A stretch of DNA of 64,000 nucleotides from an uncultured Erysipelotrichaceae bacterium (GCA_964442785.1 CAYTZW010000001.1:14320-78319), one strand, 5' to 3'; counted from the first letter of the stretch, positions 31,746 through 43,659 are shown. Notes: generated by a model from the letters alone, not told the origin. Numbers and translations are program-made.

Positions 31746-32867
31746 ATGAGATTTATAATTTCAAGAGTTCATTTGATGAATGCTTTAAACATCGTTTCCA
31801 AAGCCGTATCTAACAAAAGTCCTTTACCTATTTTAAATGGAATTAAATTTGAGTTATCAAACGACCAATTAGTTTTATTAGGTAGTGATACCGATATATC
31901 TATAAAAACAATTATTCCTGTTACTGAAAAAGGTGAACAAATTATCAATGTTTTTGAAACTGGAGAAATTGTTTTATCTAGTAGATATATTACAGAAATA
32001 GTTAGAAAGATAGATAGTGAGAGAATTGAGTTAGAAATACTAGACGGAAATTTAGTAAAAATAAGCGACCAACATACAAACTTTAATATAAATGGAATTA
32101 AAGCTAAAGACTATCCACAAATAGATTTAAACCCAAATGGAACATTAATTTCTTTAAATGCTCAAACATTGAAAACAACTTTAAATCAAACTATATTTGC
32201 AACTTCTATTTCAGAAACCAGACCAATGTTAACAGGTGTTAATTTCAAAATGGACGGCAATATTTTAGAATGTGTAGCAACTGATACTTTTAGATTAGCT
32301 AAAAAAGTTATCAAAACTAATGAGTCAGGATTATTTAATGTAACTATTCCTGCTAAGAGTTTGTCTGAAATCTCAAAAATTATCGACAATGATGAAATTG
32401 TAAATATTTATTTTTCTGAGAAAAAAGTTTTATTCAAATTAGCTAAAACAACTATTTCAACAAGAATTATCAGTGGAGTTTATCCAGATACATCAAAATT
32501 AATACCTAGTAATCAAGATTATAGACTAGAAGTAATAACTAGCAATATTTTAGCTGCTGTTGATAGAGCGTCTTTATTATCTACCGATAGAAATAACATT
32601 GTTAAGTTAAATATGAGCCAAGAAAAAGTGGAAATATCATCTAATAGCCAAGAAATTGGTTCTGTTAATGAAAGATTAAATACTTTCCATTATGAAGGAG
32701 ATAAAATGAGTATTTCTTTCTCTGCTCAATATGTCCAAGATGCTATCAAAGCTATTGGAAGTGAAGATATTCAATTATTATTTGTAGGAGAAATGAAACC
32801 TTTTGTTATCAAGAACAAAGAAGATGATTCGATAACACAACTAGTAGTTCCAGTAAGAACTTATTAA
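31746..32867 (+). CDS. dnaN: DNA polymerase III beta sliding clamp
   Basis: 373-aa three-domain clamp (MRFIISR... LTGVNF...). Confidence 0.95.
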   Translation: MRFIISRVHLMNALNIVSKAVSNKSPLPILNGIKFELSNDQLVLLGSDTDISIKTIIPVTEKGEQIINVFETGEIVLSSRYITEIVRKIDSERIELEILDGNLVKISDQHTNFNINGIKAKDYPQIDLNPNGTLISLNAQTLKTTLNQTIFATSISETRPMLTGVNFKMDGNILECVATDTFRLAKKVIKTNESGLFNVTIPAKSLSEISKIIDNDEIVNIYFSEKKVLFKLAKTTISTRIISGVYPDTSKLIPSNQDYRLEVITSNILAAVDRASLLSTDRNNIVKLNMSQEKVEISSNSQEIGSVNERLNTFHYEGDKMSISFSAQYVQDAIKAIGSEDIQLLFVGEMKPFVIKNKEDDSITQLVVPVRTY

Positions 32868-32894
32868 AGAGCAAAAAAATGCTCTTTTTCTTTT
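32868..32894 (+). terminator. intrinsic terminator after dnaN
   Basis: AGAGC-A7T-GCTCT hairpin plus T-run. Confidence 0.6.
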
Positions 32895-33072
32895 GTTTTA
32901 AAAAAGTAAATCAAAAATGATAAAACTATAAGAAAATAATGATAAAATCGTGCTATAAGGCTAAAAATAGGTAAAAACAGATAAAGTGAAGAATATATTC
33001 TTTGCTTTTTTTTATGTTTATGATAAAATATTAATATAAATATTTATATTAATAAGTGGAAAAGGTGAAAAA

Positions 33073-33285
33073 ATGAAAAAAATTACAATCAACACAGAAT
33101 ACATAACCTTAGGACAATTACTAAAATATGCCAATGTTATTAGCAATGGTTCAGATGCTAAAATCTTTCTTGTCGAAAATAAAGTCTTTGTAAATGGAGA
33201 ACTAGAACAAAGAAGGGGTAGAAAAATTTATGACAATTATCAAATAAAAATTGATAAAGAAGAATTTTTGGTGAAAAGAGAATGA
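33073..33285 (+). CDS. yaaA: S4-like RNA-binding protein YaaA
   Basis: 70-aa S4-fold protein in the conserved dnaN-yaaA-recF position. Confidence 0.7.
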   Translation: MKKITINTEYITLGQLLKYANVISNGSDAKIFLVENKVFVNGELEQRRGRKIYDNYQIKIDKEEFLVKRE

Positions 33286-34385
33286 AACTTACTAAGATAA
33301 GATTAAGAGATTTTCGAAATTACCAAGATGTGAGTTTGAATTTTTCTAAAAGTAACGTCAATGTTTTATATGGTGATAACGCTCAAGGAAAAACAAATTT
33401 AGTCGAGGCAATTCATTATGCTTCACTTCTTTCTTCTTTTAGGACTAACAATGATTTAAGTTTGATAACTAAAGATAAAATGTTTTCTATTATGGAATAC
33501 GAATTTGAAAAAGAAGCCAAAAAAGTGAAAATAAAAATAATTCTAAGTAAAACAGGAAAGAAAATTTATGTTGATGAAATAGAAGAAAAAAAATTTCGAG
33601 ATTACATAGGAAAAATCAATGTTATTTCCTTCTGTAGTGATGATATAAGAAAATTTAAAGAATCCCCAAAAGAAAGAAGAAAATTCTTTGATGAAGAAAT
33701 AAGTAAATTTGATAAAAAATATTTACTACACTTATTAAAAATAAAAAAATATTTAAAACAAAGAAATGAAATACTAAAAAATGAAACGAAATATTTGAAT
33801 GAATATTTAGATATCATAGATTTAAAACTAGCCGAAGATAGTTGCTATATTTGTGAAATAAGAAAACGATTTGTTGCCAAGATTAATGAGAAAATAAGTG
33901 ATGTTTATAACCAAATAACAGGTCAAAATTCAATAATTAAAATTAAATATTCTAATTTGTTGAAAAATGAAGAAATAACAAAGGATAACATTCAAAAATT
34001 ATATAGTGAAAATAGGATAAAAGATATTGAAAAAAAACAAACAAATGTTGGAATACAAAAAGAAAATTATGAATGTTTAATTGATAATCAGATTTATTCA
34101 GAATATGCTTCACAAGGACAACAAAGATTAATTCTTTTAGCGTTAAAACTCACAATATTAAAAATTATTGAAGAAGAAAACAAAATAAAAACATTACTAA
34201 TATTAGATGATATATTTTCGGAACTAGATGAAGATAAGAAAAAGTTAGTTATGCAATATATCAAAGAAGAAAATCAAGTTTTTATAACAACCACTAATAA
34301 AAAAGAAATAGAAGAAAAAAAATATGATATTGATATTTCTTATTTTAATGTAAACAAAGGTATTGTAACAGAAAGGAATGAATAA
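33282..34385 (+). CDS. recF: DNA replication/repair protein RecF
   Basis: Walker A GDNAQGKTNLVEAI and C-terminal signature LILDDIFSELD. Confidence 0.9.
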   Translation: MKLTKIRLRDFRNYQDVSLNFSKSNVNVLYGDNAQGKTNLVEAIHYASLLSSFRTNNDLSLITKDKMFSIMEYEFEKEAKKVKIKIILSKTGKKIYVDEIEEKKFRDYIGKINVISFCSDDIRKFKESPKERRKFFDEEISKFDKKYLLHLLKIKKYLKQRNEILKNETKYLNEYLDIIDLKLAEDSCYICEIRKRFVAKINEKISDVYNQITGQNSIIKIKYSNLLKNEEITKDNIQKLYSENRIKDIEKKQTNVGIQKENYECLIDNQIYSEYASQGQQRLILLALKLTILKIIEEENKIKTLLILDDIFSELDEDKKKLVMQYIKEENQVFITTTNKKEIEEKKYDIDISYFNVNKGIVTERNE

Positions 34386-34388
34386 TAA

Positions 34389-36326
<1,938 letters not shown>

Positions 36327-36339
36327 GGAGGAATAGAAA

Positions 36340-38853
36340 ATGGCAACAAATAAAGATGATGAATTATTTATAAAACCACACGAAGAAGCAACTTTAGTTA
36401 ATATTTCTAATGAGGTTAGAAATTCCTTCTTAGCTTATGCAATGTCAGTTATCGTTGCAAGAGCACTTCCAGATGTAAGAGACGGATTAAAACCAGTACA
36501 TAGAAGAATATTATTTTCAATGAATGACCAAGGAATGCAATATGATAAGCCATACAAAAAATGTGCTCGTATTGTAGGAGATGTAATGGGAAAATATCAC
36601 CCTCACGGAGACTCTGCAATATACGATGCTTTAGTAAGATTAGCACAAGATTTTTCAAGTAGATATCCAATGGTAGACGGACATGGTAACTTTGGTAATA
36701 TTGACGGGGACGGAGCTGCCGCAATGCGTTATACAGAAGCAAGACTAACAAAAATTGCTTCAGAAATGGTAAAAGACATTAATAAAGATACTGTAGACTT
36801 TATGGATAACTATGACGGAGAAGAAAAAGAACCAACCGTTCTTCCTTCGAAAATACCTAACATTTTAGTTAATGGAAGTACAGGAATTGCAGTTGGAATG
36901 GCAACAAACATACCACCTCACAATTTAGGAGAAGTTATTGATGCTATATTAGCAATTATGGAAAATCCTGATATCACAGCAGTAGATATTATTAATAACT
37001 ATTTATATGGACCAGATTTTCCAACAGGAGCAATTATTTTAGGAAAATCAGGAATTAAGAAAGCTTATGAAACTGGAAATGGAAGTATTGTTCTACGTTC
37101 TAAAACTGAAATAGAAGAAATGGAACACGGCAAAAAAAGAATAATCGTAACTGAAATACCATATCAAGTTAACAAATCAGCATTAGTTGAAAAAATAGGA
37201 AATTTAGTAAGAGAAAAAGTAATTGAAGGAATAACTGCTTTAAGAGATGAATCAAGTAGAGAAGGAATAAGAATTGTTATTGAACTTAGAAAAGATATTG
37301 TTCCTGAAGTAATTTTAAATCAATTATTCAAATTAACTCAATTACAAATAAGTTATGGAATTAATACTTTAGCAATAGTAAATGGAGAACCAAAGATTTT
37401 ACCTCTTGTTGATTTAATAAAATTATATTTAGAATTCCAAGAAGAAGTATTTGTTAGAAGAACAAGATTTGATTTAAAAATATTAACTGATAGAAAACAT
37501 ATTTTAGAAGGATTAAAAATAGCAGTTGATAACATTGATGCTATTATTAATGTTATTAGAAACAGTAGAGAAGCTGATAATGGTCAAAAAGAATTACAAG
37601 AAACATTTGGATTATCAGAAAAACAAAGTAAAGCTATTTTGGAAATGAGACTTCAAAGATTATCAGGTATTCAAAGAGATAAAATTCACGAAGAATTAGC
37701 CCAAATAACAGAGCAAATAACAGAATTAGAAACAATACTAGCAGATCGTAATTTAATCTTAGAACACATCAAAAATGAACTATTAGAAATAAAAGAAAAA
37801 TATTCTGATCCACGTAGAACAGAAATATCTAATGAAAGTTATGATATAGATGATGAAGATTTAATACCAGAAGAAAAAATAACAATAACCTTAACGTCAA
37901 ATGGATATATTAAAAGAGTTAGTACCGATACTTACAAAACTCAAAATCGAGGCGGAAAAGGAATAAAAGGAATGACTACTAATGAAGAAGATGTTGTTGA
38001 TTTGCTACTTACAACAAAAACTCATACTGATATTTTATTCTTTACTAACGTTGGAAAAGTATATCGTTTAAGAGGACATCAAGTTCCAGAATATAGTAGA
38101 CAAGCAAAAGGAATACCTGCTATTAACTTACTAAATATGGATAAAAATGAAAAAGTAAGAGCAATGATAAGTTTAGATGAGTACAATGAAAATCAAAACT
38201 TAACCTTTATAACATTAGAAGGAATAGTTAAAAGAGTACCACTAGAAGAATTTGTTAGAATTAGACAAAGTGGAAAAATAGCGGTAACTTTAAAAGAAAA
38301 TGATGAATTGTTTGCAGTCAAGAAAACAAACGGAAATGAAGAAATATTAATTGCTTGTTCCACTGGAAAAGTAGTTAGATTTAATGAAAATGATATTAGA
38401 GTAATGGGTAGAACCGCTATGGGAGTAAAAGGTATAGAAACTGTAGGTGGTGTAGTAGTAGGTGCTGCTACATCAAGTGAAGGAGAATACTTATTATCTG
38501 TAACTGATAAAGGTTATGGAAAAATGTCAAAAATCACTGATTATCGTTTATCTTTAAGAGGTGGACGTGGAGTAAGAACGATAGAAACCACAGAGAAAAA
38601 TGGTAATTTAATAGGTACAAAAGCAGTAAAAGGTGATGAAGATTTAATGATAGTAACTAATAAAGGAATTATCATTAGAATATCATTAGATGATATGAAA
38701 GTATCTAGTAGAAGTACTCAAGGGGTACGATTAATTAAATTAAATGAAGACCAAAAAGTTGCTTCTATTGAAATAGTTGAAAAAGAAATAGAAGAAGAAA
38801 ACAACGAACAATTAGTTGAAGAAACAAATGTTCAAGAAACCACAGAAGAATAA
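36340..38853 (+). CDS. gyrA: DNA gyrase subunit A
   Basis: Active-site region [10 protein letters not shown], the QRDR region ([19 protein letters not shown]) and C-terminal beta-pinwheel repeats. Confidence 0.97.
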   Translation: MATNKDDELFIKPHEEATLVNISNEVRNSFLAYAMSVIVARALPDVRDGLKPVHRRILFSMNDQGMQYDKPYKKCARIVGDVMGKYHPHGDSAIYDALVRLAQDFSSRYPMVDGHGNFGNIDGDGAAAMRYTEARLTKIASEMVKDINKDTVDFMDNYDGEEKEPTVLPSKIPNILVNGSTGIAVGMATNIPPHNLGEVIDAILAIMENPDITAVDIINNYLYGPDFPTGAIILGKSGIKKAYETGNGSIVLRSKTEIEEMEHGKKRIIVTEIPYQVNKSALVEKIGNLVREKVIEGITALRDESSREGIRIVIELRKDIVPEVILNQLFKLTQLQISYGINTLAIVNGEPKILPLVDLIKLYLEFQEEVFVRRTRFDLKILTDRKHILEGLKIAVDNIDAIINVIRNSREADNGQKELQETFGLSEKQSKAILEMRLQRLSGIQRDKIHEELAQITEQITELETILADRNLILEHIKNELLEIKEKYSDPRRTEISNESYDIDDEDLIPEEKITITLTSNGYIKRVSTDTYKTQNRGGKGIKGMTTNEEDVVDLLLTTKTHTDILFFTNVGKVYRLRGHQVPEYSRQAKGIPAINLLNMDKNEKVRAMISLDEYNENQNLTFITLEGIVKRVPLEEFVRIRQSGKIAVTLKENDELFAVKKTNGNEEILIACSTGKVVRFNENDIRVMGRTAMGVKGIETVGGVVVGAATSSEGEYLLSVTDKGYGKMSKITDYRLSLRGGRGVRTIETTEKNGNLIGTKAVKGDEDLMIVTNKGIIIRISLDDMKVSSRSTQGVRLIKLNEDQKVASIEIVEKEIEEENNEQLVEETNVQETTEE

Positions 38854-38866
38854 AAAATGAAGTTTT

Positions 38867-38892
38867 TACTACTATGATATATCATAGTAGTA
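38867..38892. repeat. 26-bp perfect palindrome TACTACTATGATATATCATAGTAGTA between gyrA and serS
   Basis: Perfect inverted repeat with no downstream U-run, so not a classic intrinsic terminator. Lies 8 bp from parS-1. Confidence 0.5.
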
Positions 38893-38900
38893 AATACTAT

Positions 38901-38916
38901 AGTTTCACGTGAAACA
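38901..38916. promoter_or_regulatory. parS: parS site 1 (AGTTTCACGTGAAACA, 15/16 to consensus)
   Basis: Matches the Spo0J/ParB parS consensus TGTTNCACGTGAAACA; located in the serS leader. Confidence 0.75.
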
Positions 38917-38929
38917 TTTAGGAGGAAAT

Positions 38930-40216
38930 ATGTTAGATATAAAATTAATAAGAGAAAATCCTGACATTGTTAAAGAAAATATAAAGAAAAAATTTCAGGA
39001 CGAAAAATTACCATTAGTAGACAAAGTAATTGAATTAGACCAAAAGGTAAGACTTCTAAAAAAAGAAGGAGATGACTTGAGGTCAGAAAGAAATAGTACC
39101 AGTAAAAACATTGGTGTCTTAATGAGTAAAAAACAAATAGAAGAAGCAAATAATGCTAAAAAAAGAGTTGTCGAAATAAATGAAAGATTAATTAATATTG
39201 AAAAAGATGAAGAAGAATTAGACCAAGAAATTAGAAAAATAATGCTAGTGATACCTAATATTATTGATGCATCAGTTCCTATTGGAAAAGATGATAGTGA
39301 AAATGTAGAAATTAAAAAATATGGAGAACCAGTTGTACCAAATTTTGAAATTCCACATCACGCAGACATAATAGCTTCTTTCAATGGTTTAGATAAAGAA
39401 TCATCAGGCAGAACAAGTGGATATGGCTTTTATTATTTAATAGGAGAAATAGCAAGATTACATTCAGCAATGTTAAGTTATGCAAGAGATTTTATGATTA
39501 ATAGAGGTTTTGAATATTGTATTCCTCCATTTATGATTAGAGGAGATGTTGTAAATGGAGTTATGAGTTTTGCTGAAATGGAAAATATGATGTATAAAAT
39601 TGAAAATGAAGATTTATATTTAATTGGTACTAGTGAACACTCAATGATAGGAAGATTTAAAGACCAAATAGTAAAAGAAAGTGAATTACCTATCAAACTA
39701 ACTTCATATTCACCTTGTTTCAGAAAAGAAGTAGGAGCACACGGAATTGAAGAAAGAGGAATTTACAGAGTACATCAATTTGAAAAACAAGAAATGATAG
39801 TTTTATGTAAACCAGAAGAAAGTATGGACTGGTATAATAAAATGTGGAGTTATACCGTAGAATTCTTTAGAAGTTTAGATATCCCTGTTAGAACATTAGA
39901 ATGTTGTAGTGGTGATTTAGCAGATTTGAAAGTAAAAAGTTGTGATGTAGAAGCTTGGAGTCCAAGACAACAAAAATATTTTGAAGTTGGTTCTTGTTCA
40001 ACATTAGGAGATGCTCAAGCTAGAAGACTTTCAATTAGAACAAAAGGCGAAAAAGGAAATTACTTAGTTCACACTTTAAACAACACTGTATTAGCAACAC
40101 CAAGAGGATTAATTGCTTTTCTTGAAAACAACTTAAATGAAGACGGAAGTATAAATATACCAACAGCATTACAATCTTATATGGGTGGATTAAAAAAAAT
40201 AGAAAAAAGAAAATAA
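38930..40216 (+). CDS. serS: serine--tRNA ligase
   Basis: N-terminal coiled-coil arm plus class II core. The start was set at ATG 38930 (MLDIKLIREN), which follows AGGAGG. Confidence 0.92.
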   Translation: MLDIKLIRENPDIVKENIKKKFQDEKLPLVDKVIELDQKVRLLKKEGDDLRSERNSTSKNIGVLMSKKQIEEANNAKKRVVEINERLINIEKDEEELDQEIRKIMLVIPNIIDASVPIGKDDSENVEIKKYGEPVVPNFEIPHHADIIASFNGLDKESSGRTSGYGFYYLIGEIARLHSAMLSYARDFMINRGFEYCIPPFMIRGDVVNGVMSFAEMENMMYKIENEDLYLIGTSEHSMIGRFKDQIVKESELPIKLTSYSPCFRKEVGAHGIEERGIYRVHQFEKQEMIVLCKPEESMDWYNKMWSYTVEFFRSLDIPVRTLECCSGDLADLKVKSCDVEAWSPRQQKYFEVGSCSTLGDAQARRLSIRTKGEKGNYLVHTLNNTVLATPRGLIAFLENNLNEDGSINIPTALQSYMGGLKKIEKRK

Positions 40217-40351
40217 GTCAGAAAAGCTTATTTTTTTATTGCTTTAAATAATCTATGATTATTTAAGTTGATGATGATTAAAAATAATAATTATCAAAAA
40301 TAAAAAAATAAAAATAAAGTTGTAAAATTTTATTTAATAACATATAATAAT

Positions 40352-40438
40352 AGTGCTATCGCAATAGTAGAACATGAACCTGGTCAGATTCGGGAGAAAG
40401 CAGCCATAAGTGTAATCGCTGTGTGCGGTAGCCTTTTT
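40352..40438 (+). ncRNA. ffs: signal recognition particle RNA (small 4.5S-type SRP RNA)
   Basis: Conserved domain IV CCUGGUCAGAUUCGGGAGAAAGCAGCCAUAAG with a GGGA GNRA loop. The 5' GCUAUCGC pairs with the 3' GCGGUAGC. A promoter TTGTAA-17-TATAAT lies upstream and a T5 run downstream. The position before tadA/dnaX matches B. subtilis scr. Confidence 0.7.
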
Positions 40439-40450
40439 ATTAGAAAGGTG

Positions 40451-40466
40451 TGTTTCACGTGAAACA
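40451..40466. promoter_or_regulatory. parS: parS site 2 (TGTTTCACGTGAAACA, perfect 16-bp palindrome)
   Basis: Exact match to the parS consensus; overlaps the tadA RBS/start. Confidence 0.85.
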
Positions 40467-40911
40467 ATTAGAATATATAAATGAAGCATATAATCAAGCA
40501 AAAAAAGCTTATAAGCATAATGAAGTACCAGTCGGGGCTATTGTAGTCTATAAAAACAAAATTATTTCCAAAGGTTATAATAAAAAAGAAAGAAAAAACA
40601 ATTCTTTATATCACGCAGAAATAGTAGCAATCAATAAAGCTTGTAAAAAACTTAAATCGTGGAGATTGTCAGAATGTGAATTATATGTAACTTTAGAGCC
40701 TTGTTTAATGTGTGCAGGATTAATAATTCAAAATAGAATATCAAAAGTTTATTATGGTTGTGAAGATAATAAAAGTGGTGCTTTAGGTGGCTTAATGGAT
40801 ATTAGAGAAATCAAAGGTTTAAATTTCTATCCTAAAGCAGAATGTTTAGAACATAAGGAAAGTTCTGAAATTTTAAAAAAGTTTTTTAAAGAAAAAAGAA
40901 AAAATGATTAA
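40459..40911 (+). CDS. tadA: tRNA-specific adenosine deaminase
   Basis: CDA fold with HAE and PCLMC zinc ligands. The start is GTG 40459 (MKQLEYINEAY...) after GAAAGGTG; the alternative GTG at 40450 is also possible. Confidence 0.85.
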   Translation: MKQLEYINEAYNQAKKAYKHNEVPVGAIVVYKNKIISKGYNKKERKNNSLYHAEIVAINKACKKLKSWRLSECELYVTLEPCLMCAGLIIQNRISKVYYGCEDNKSGALGGLMDIREIKGLNFYPKAECLEHKESSEILKKFFKEKRKND

Positions 40912-41051
40912 GCAAAAATCCTATTTATTGAAAAGATATGATTTTTTAATAATTGTAAATTATTAAATATTTTATAAAAAAGAAATATATAATACTATTT
41001 TATATGGTTAAATACAAAAAAATAATGTATAATATTCAAGAGGTGAAAGCT

Positions 41052-42833
41052 ATGGCATATAAAGCTTTGTATAGAACTTATCGTCCTCAATCTTTTGATG
41101 AAGTGATAGGACAAAAATACATTTTACAAACTATTAAAAATCAAATAAAAGAAGGAACAATATCGCACGCATATTTATTCAATGGTCCAAGAGGAACTGG
41201 TAAAACCACAATGGCTAAGTTACTTGCAAAAGCAGTTAATTGTGAGAGTGATGATATTAAACCTTGTAATGAATGTGAAAGTTGTAAGGAAATAACAGAA
41301 GGCTCACACCCAGATGTTATTGAAATAGATGCTGCTAGTAATACTGGAGTTGATGATGTTCGTGAAATAATTGAAAAAGTAAAATATGCTCCTGCTAGAG
41401 GAAAATATAAAATTTACATTATTGATGAAGTACATATGATGTCTACTAGTGCATTCAATGCTCTTTTGAAAACTTTAGAAGAACCTCCTGCTCACGTAAT
41501 ATTTGTTTTAGCAACGACAGAGGTTAATAAGGTCTTACCTACTATTTTGTCGAGATGTCAAAGATTTGATTTTACAAAAGTAAGTACAATAGATTTGAAA
41601 ACGAAATTAAAAGAAATATTAGAAAAAGAAAATAAAAAATATGAAGAAGGAGTAATTGATGCTATCGCTGAATTAGCAGAAGGTGGTGTTCGAGATGCGT
41701 TGTCTATTCTTGACCAAACTATTGCTTACGCAGTAGATAACATTACTGTTCAACATATTAAAGATATCTATGGAATTACTTCTAATAGCGAAAAAATATC
41801 TTTCCTAGAAAAAATATTCAATAATGATGTTATGGAAGTTTTAAATCAAATTGATACATTTGAAAGAAATGGTATTGATTTAGTTAAGTTAACTTCTTCT
41901 TTAATAGATTTATTGAAAGAATTAATTGTTATATCAAGTACTCATAATGAAAAGTTGTTGAAAATATTAACGTTAGAACAAGCTTCTGATTTGAATGATT
42001 TAGTTGAAAAAGAAAGTTTGTATCCTATGATAGATGTTCTACTAGAATCTTTATCAAATTATAAAAAATCTAATAACATTCGTGCTTTCTTTGAATTGGC
42101 AATTTTGAAATTATGTTCTTATTCTAAAAAAGAAAAAAAAGCAGTTGTTCTTACTGAAACTAAACCTATTGTTCAACCTACATCTTTGTCTTTTAAAGTA
42201 GAAACAGAACCTGTTGTAACAAAAAGTGATTTTGAACGTAAAGAAGAAAAAATAGAAATTAAGGAAGAAATAAAAGATGAAATCAAAGAAGAAAATGTTT
42301 CACGTGAAACAACAGAAAATATTTTACCGGAAGGCTATTATAGAGAAAATGATAAAATAATTACTAAAGACGAAGATATTTATAATGTTATGGTTCAAGC
42401 TACCAAAGACTCTATTGTGGAGATTAAAAGTAAATGGACTGTTTTATCAGGATTTACGGGCAATCCTAAGTATGGAGTTATTATTGGTCTTTTAATGGGT
42501 ACTACTCCAGTAGCAGCTTGTAATAATGCTGTTTTATTAGCTTGTGAAAGTGATGTTGATGTTTCTATTTTAGAAAATGTAAAAAATAAGGTACTAATTA
42601 GAGATTTTTTTAAAAATCTCTATAATAAAGAAATTGAATATTATCCTTTAACTAAAAAGAAGTTTTTATTTTATAAAGATGAGTATTTAAAACTTAGGTC
42701 AGCACATAAATTACCAGAAGCTCAAAAAATTGTTGTTGAACCTATTAATATAAAATATAATGATGCTCAAAATGATCAAGCTTTAGATTATGGAAAGAAA
42801 ATTTTTGGCGATTTTGTTACAGTGGAGGAATAA
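41052..42833 (+). CDS. dnaX: DNA polymerase III subunit tau (DnaX)
   Basis: YRPQSFDEVIGQ, GPRGTGKTT and the zinc module CNECESC, with a Glu/Lys-rich linker and C-terminal domain V. The start was set at MAYKALYRTYRPQ. Confidence 0.92.
   Translation: MAYKALYRTYRPQSFDEVIGQKYILQTIKNQIKEGTISHAYLFNGPRGTGKTTMAKLLAKAVNCESDDIKPCNECESCKEITEGSHPDVIEIDAASNTGVDDVREIIEKVKYAPARGKYKIYIIDEVHMMSTSAFNALLKTLEEPPAHVIFVLATTEVNKVLPTILSRCQRFDFTKVSTIDLKTKLKEILEKENKKYEEGVIDAIAELAEGGVRDALSILDQTIAYAVDNITVQHIKDIYGITSNSEKISFLEKIFNNDVMEVLNQIDTFERNGIDLVKLTSSLIDLLKELIVISSTHNEKLLKILTLEQASDLNDLVEKESLYPMIDVLLESLSNYKKSNNIRAFFELAILKLCSYSKKEKKAVVLTETKPIVQPTSLSFKVETEPVVTKSDFERKEEKIEIKEEIKDEIKEENVSRETTENILPEGYYRENDKIITKDEDIYNVMVQATKDSIVEIKSKWTVLSGFTGNPKYGVIIGLLMGTTPVAACNNAVLLACESDVDVSILENVKNKVLIRDFFKNLYNKEIEYYPLTKKKFLFYKDEYLKLRSAHKLPEAQKIVVEPINIKYNDAQNDQALDYGKKIFGDFVTVEE
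42296..42311. promoter_or_regulatory. parS: parS site 3 (TGTTTCACGTGAAACA, perfect), embedded in the dnaX coding sequence
   Basis: Exact palindrome within the low-complexity DnaX linker (encodes NVSRET). Intragenic parS sites are well known, for example inside spo0J in B. subtilis. Confidence 0.85.
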
Positions 42834-42836
42834 AAA

Positions 42837-43334
42837 ATGAAATTTGAAAAAGTTAGTTATGAACAATTTAAGAAAGATTTATTAAAAGCTGGTATGAATT
42901 ATGATGAAAAAAAGATTGAAGAAATTTATCAATCTATCATTTTACCAACAAGAGGAACTAAAAGTTCTGCAGGATATGATTTTAGATTGCCTTATGATTT
43001 AGAAGTAAAAGCAAATCAAACAACATCTTTTTTACCAACAGGAATAAAGTGCGAAATTGATGATGACAAGGTTCTTATTTTAGCTCCAAGAAGTAGTTTA
43101 GGAACTAAATATGGTTTTGAACTTTCTAATACAATAGGAGTAATTGACGCTGATTATTATAATAATCCTGATAATGAAGGTGATATAGCAGTTAAATTTA
43201 AAGTTGCAGTTGATATGAACTTTAAAGCTAATGATAGAATTGTTCAAGGAATTATAATGAAATATTATAAAGTAGATGATGATAATAGTAATGACCAACG
43301 TTCTGGTGGCTTTGGAAGTACAGGAAAAATATAA
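42837..43334 (+). CDS. dut: dUTP diphosphatase (trimeric dUTPase)
   Basis: All five dUTPase motifs are present: SSAGYDFRL, LILAPRSSLGTKYG, GVIDADYY, DRIVQGII and RSGGFGSTG. Confidence 0.85.
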   Translation: MKFEKVSYEQFKKDLLKAGMNYDEKKIEEIYQSIILPTRGTKSSAGYDFRLPYDLEVKANQTTSFLPTGIKCEIDDDKVLILAPRSSLGTKYGFELSNTIGVIDADYYNNPDNEGDIAVKFKVAVDMNFKANDRIVQGIIMKYYKVDDDNSNDQRSGGFGSTGKI

Positions 43335-43350
43335 ATAAGGAGAGATAAAA

Positions 43351-43659
43351 ATGAATATTAATATGATTATGCAACAAGCACAAAAAATGCAAAAAGAACT
43401 TGAAAAAGCAAAAAAAGAATTTGAGCAAAAAGAGTTGACTTTCTCTAGCAATGGAGATGCCTTAACTTTAGTTATTAAAGGAAATAAAGAAATTGTTAGT
43501 ATCAATATTGATAAAGATTTAATTGATCCTGATGATAAAGAAATGCTTGAAGATATGTTGAAAGTTGCTTTGAATGACGCTATTAAGAACATTGATGCAG
43601 AAATGGAAAAAATTCTTTCAAAAGCAAGTGGCGGAATGAATATTCCAGGTCTTTATTAA
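43351..43659 (+). CDS. ybaB: nucleoid-associated protein YbaB/EbfC
   Basis: 102-aa YbaB family, in the conserved dnaX-ybaB-recR arrangement. Confidence 0.85.
   Translation: MNINMIMQQAQKMQKELEKAKKEFEQKELTFSSNGDALTLVIKGNKEIVSINIDKDLIDPDDKEMLEDMLKVALNDAIKNIDAEMEKILSKASGGMNIPGLY

Noticed and set aside
33031-33052. 22-bp perfect palindrome TTAATATAAATATTTATATTAA upstream of yaaA.
   Set aside because: Pure A/T palindromes of this kind arise readily in a 27% GC intergenic region. It most likely overlaps the yaaA promoter, with no specific evidence for a function.
38854-38930. Considered a T-box riboswitch leader upstream of serS, and likewise upstream of metG and lysS.
   Set aside because: The spacers are 76, about 75 and about 36 bp. 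This is far too short for a T-box (about 250 nt), and no specifier-loop or T-box sequence (AATTAGGGTGGNACCGCG) is present.
38901-42311. The TGTTTCACGTGAAACA palindrome was first considered as a LexA (Cheo box), CodY, CcpA cre or TnrA/GlnR site.
   Set aside because: Half-site orientation and spacing do not fit any of those consensuses, whereas it matches the ParB parS consensus TGTTNCACGTGAAACA exactly. It is reported as parS instead.
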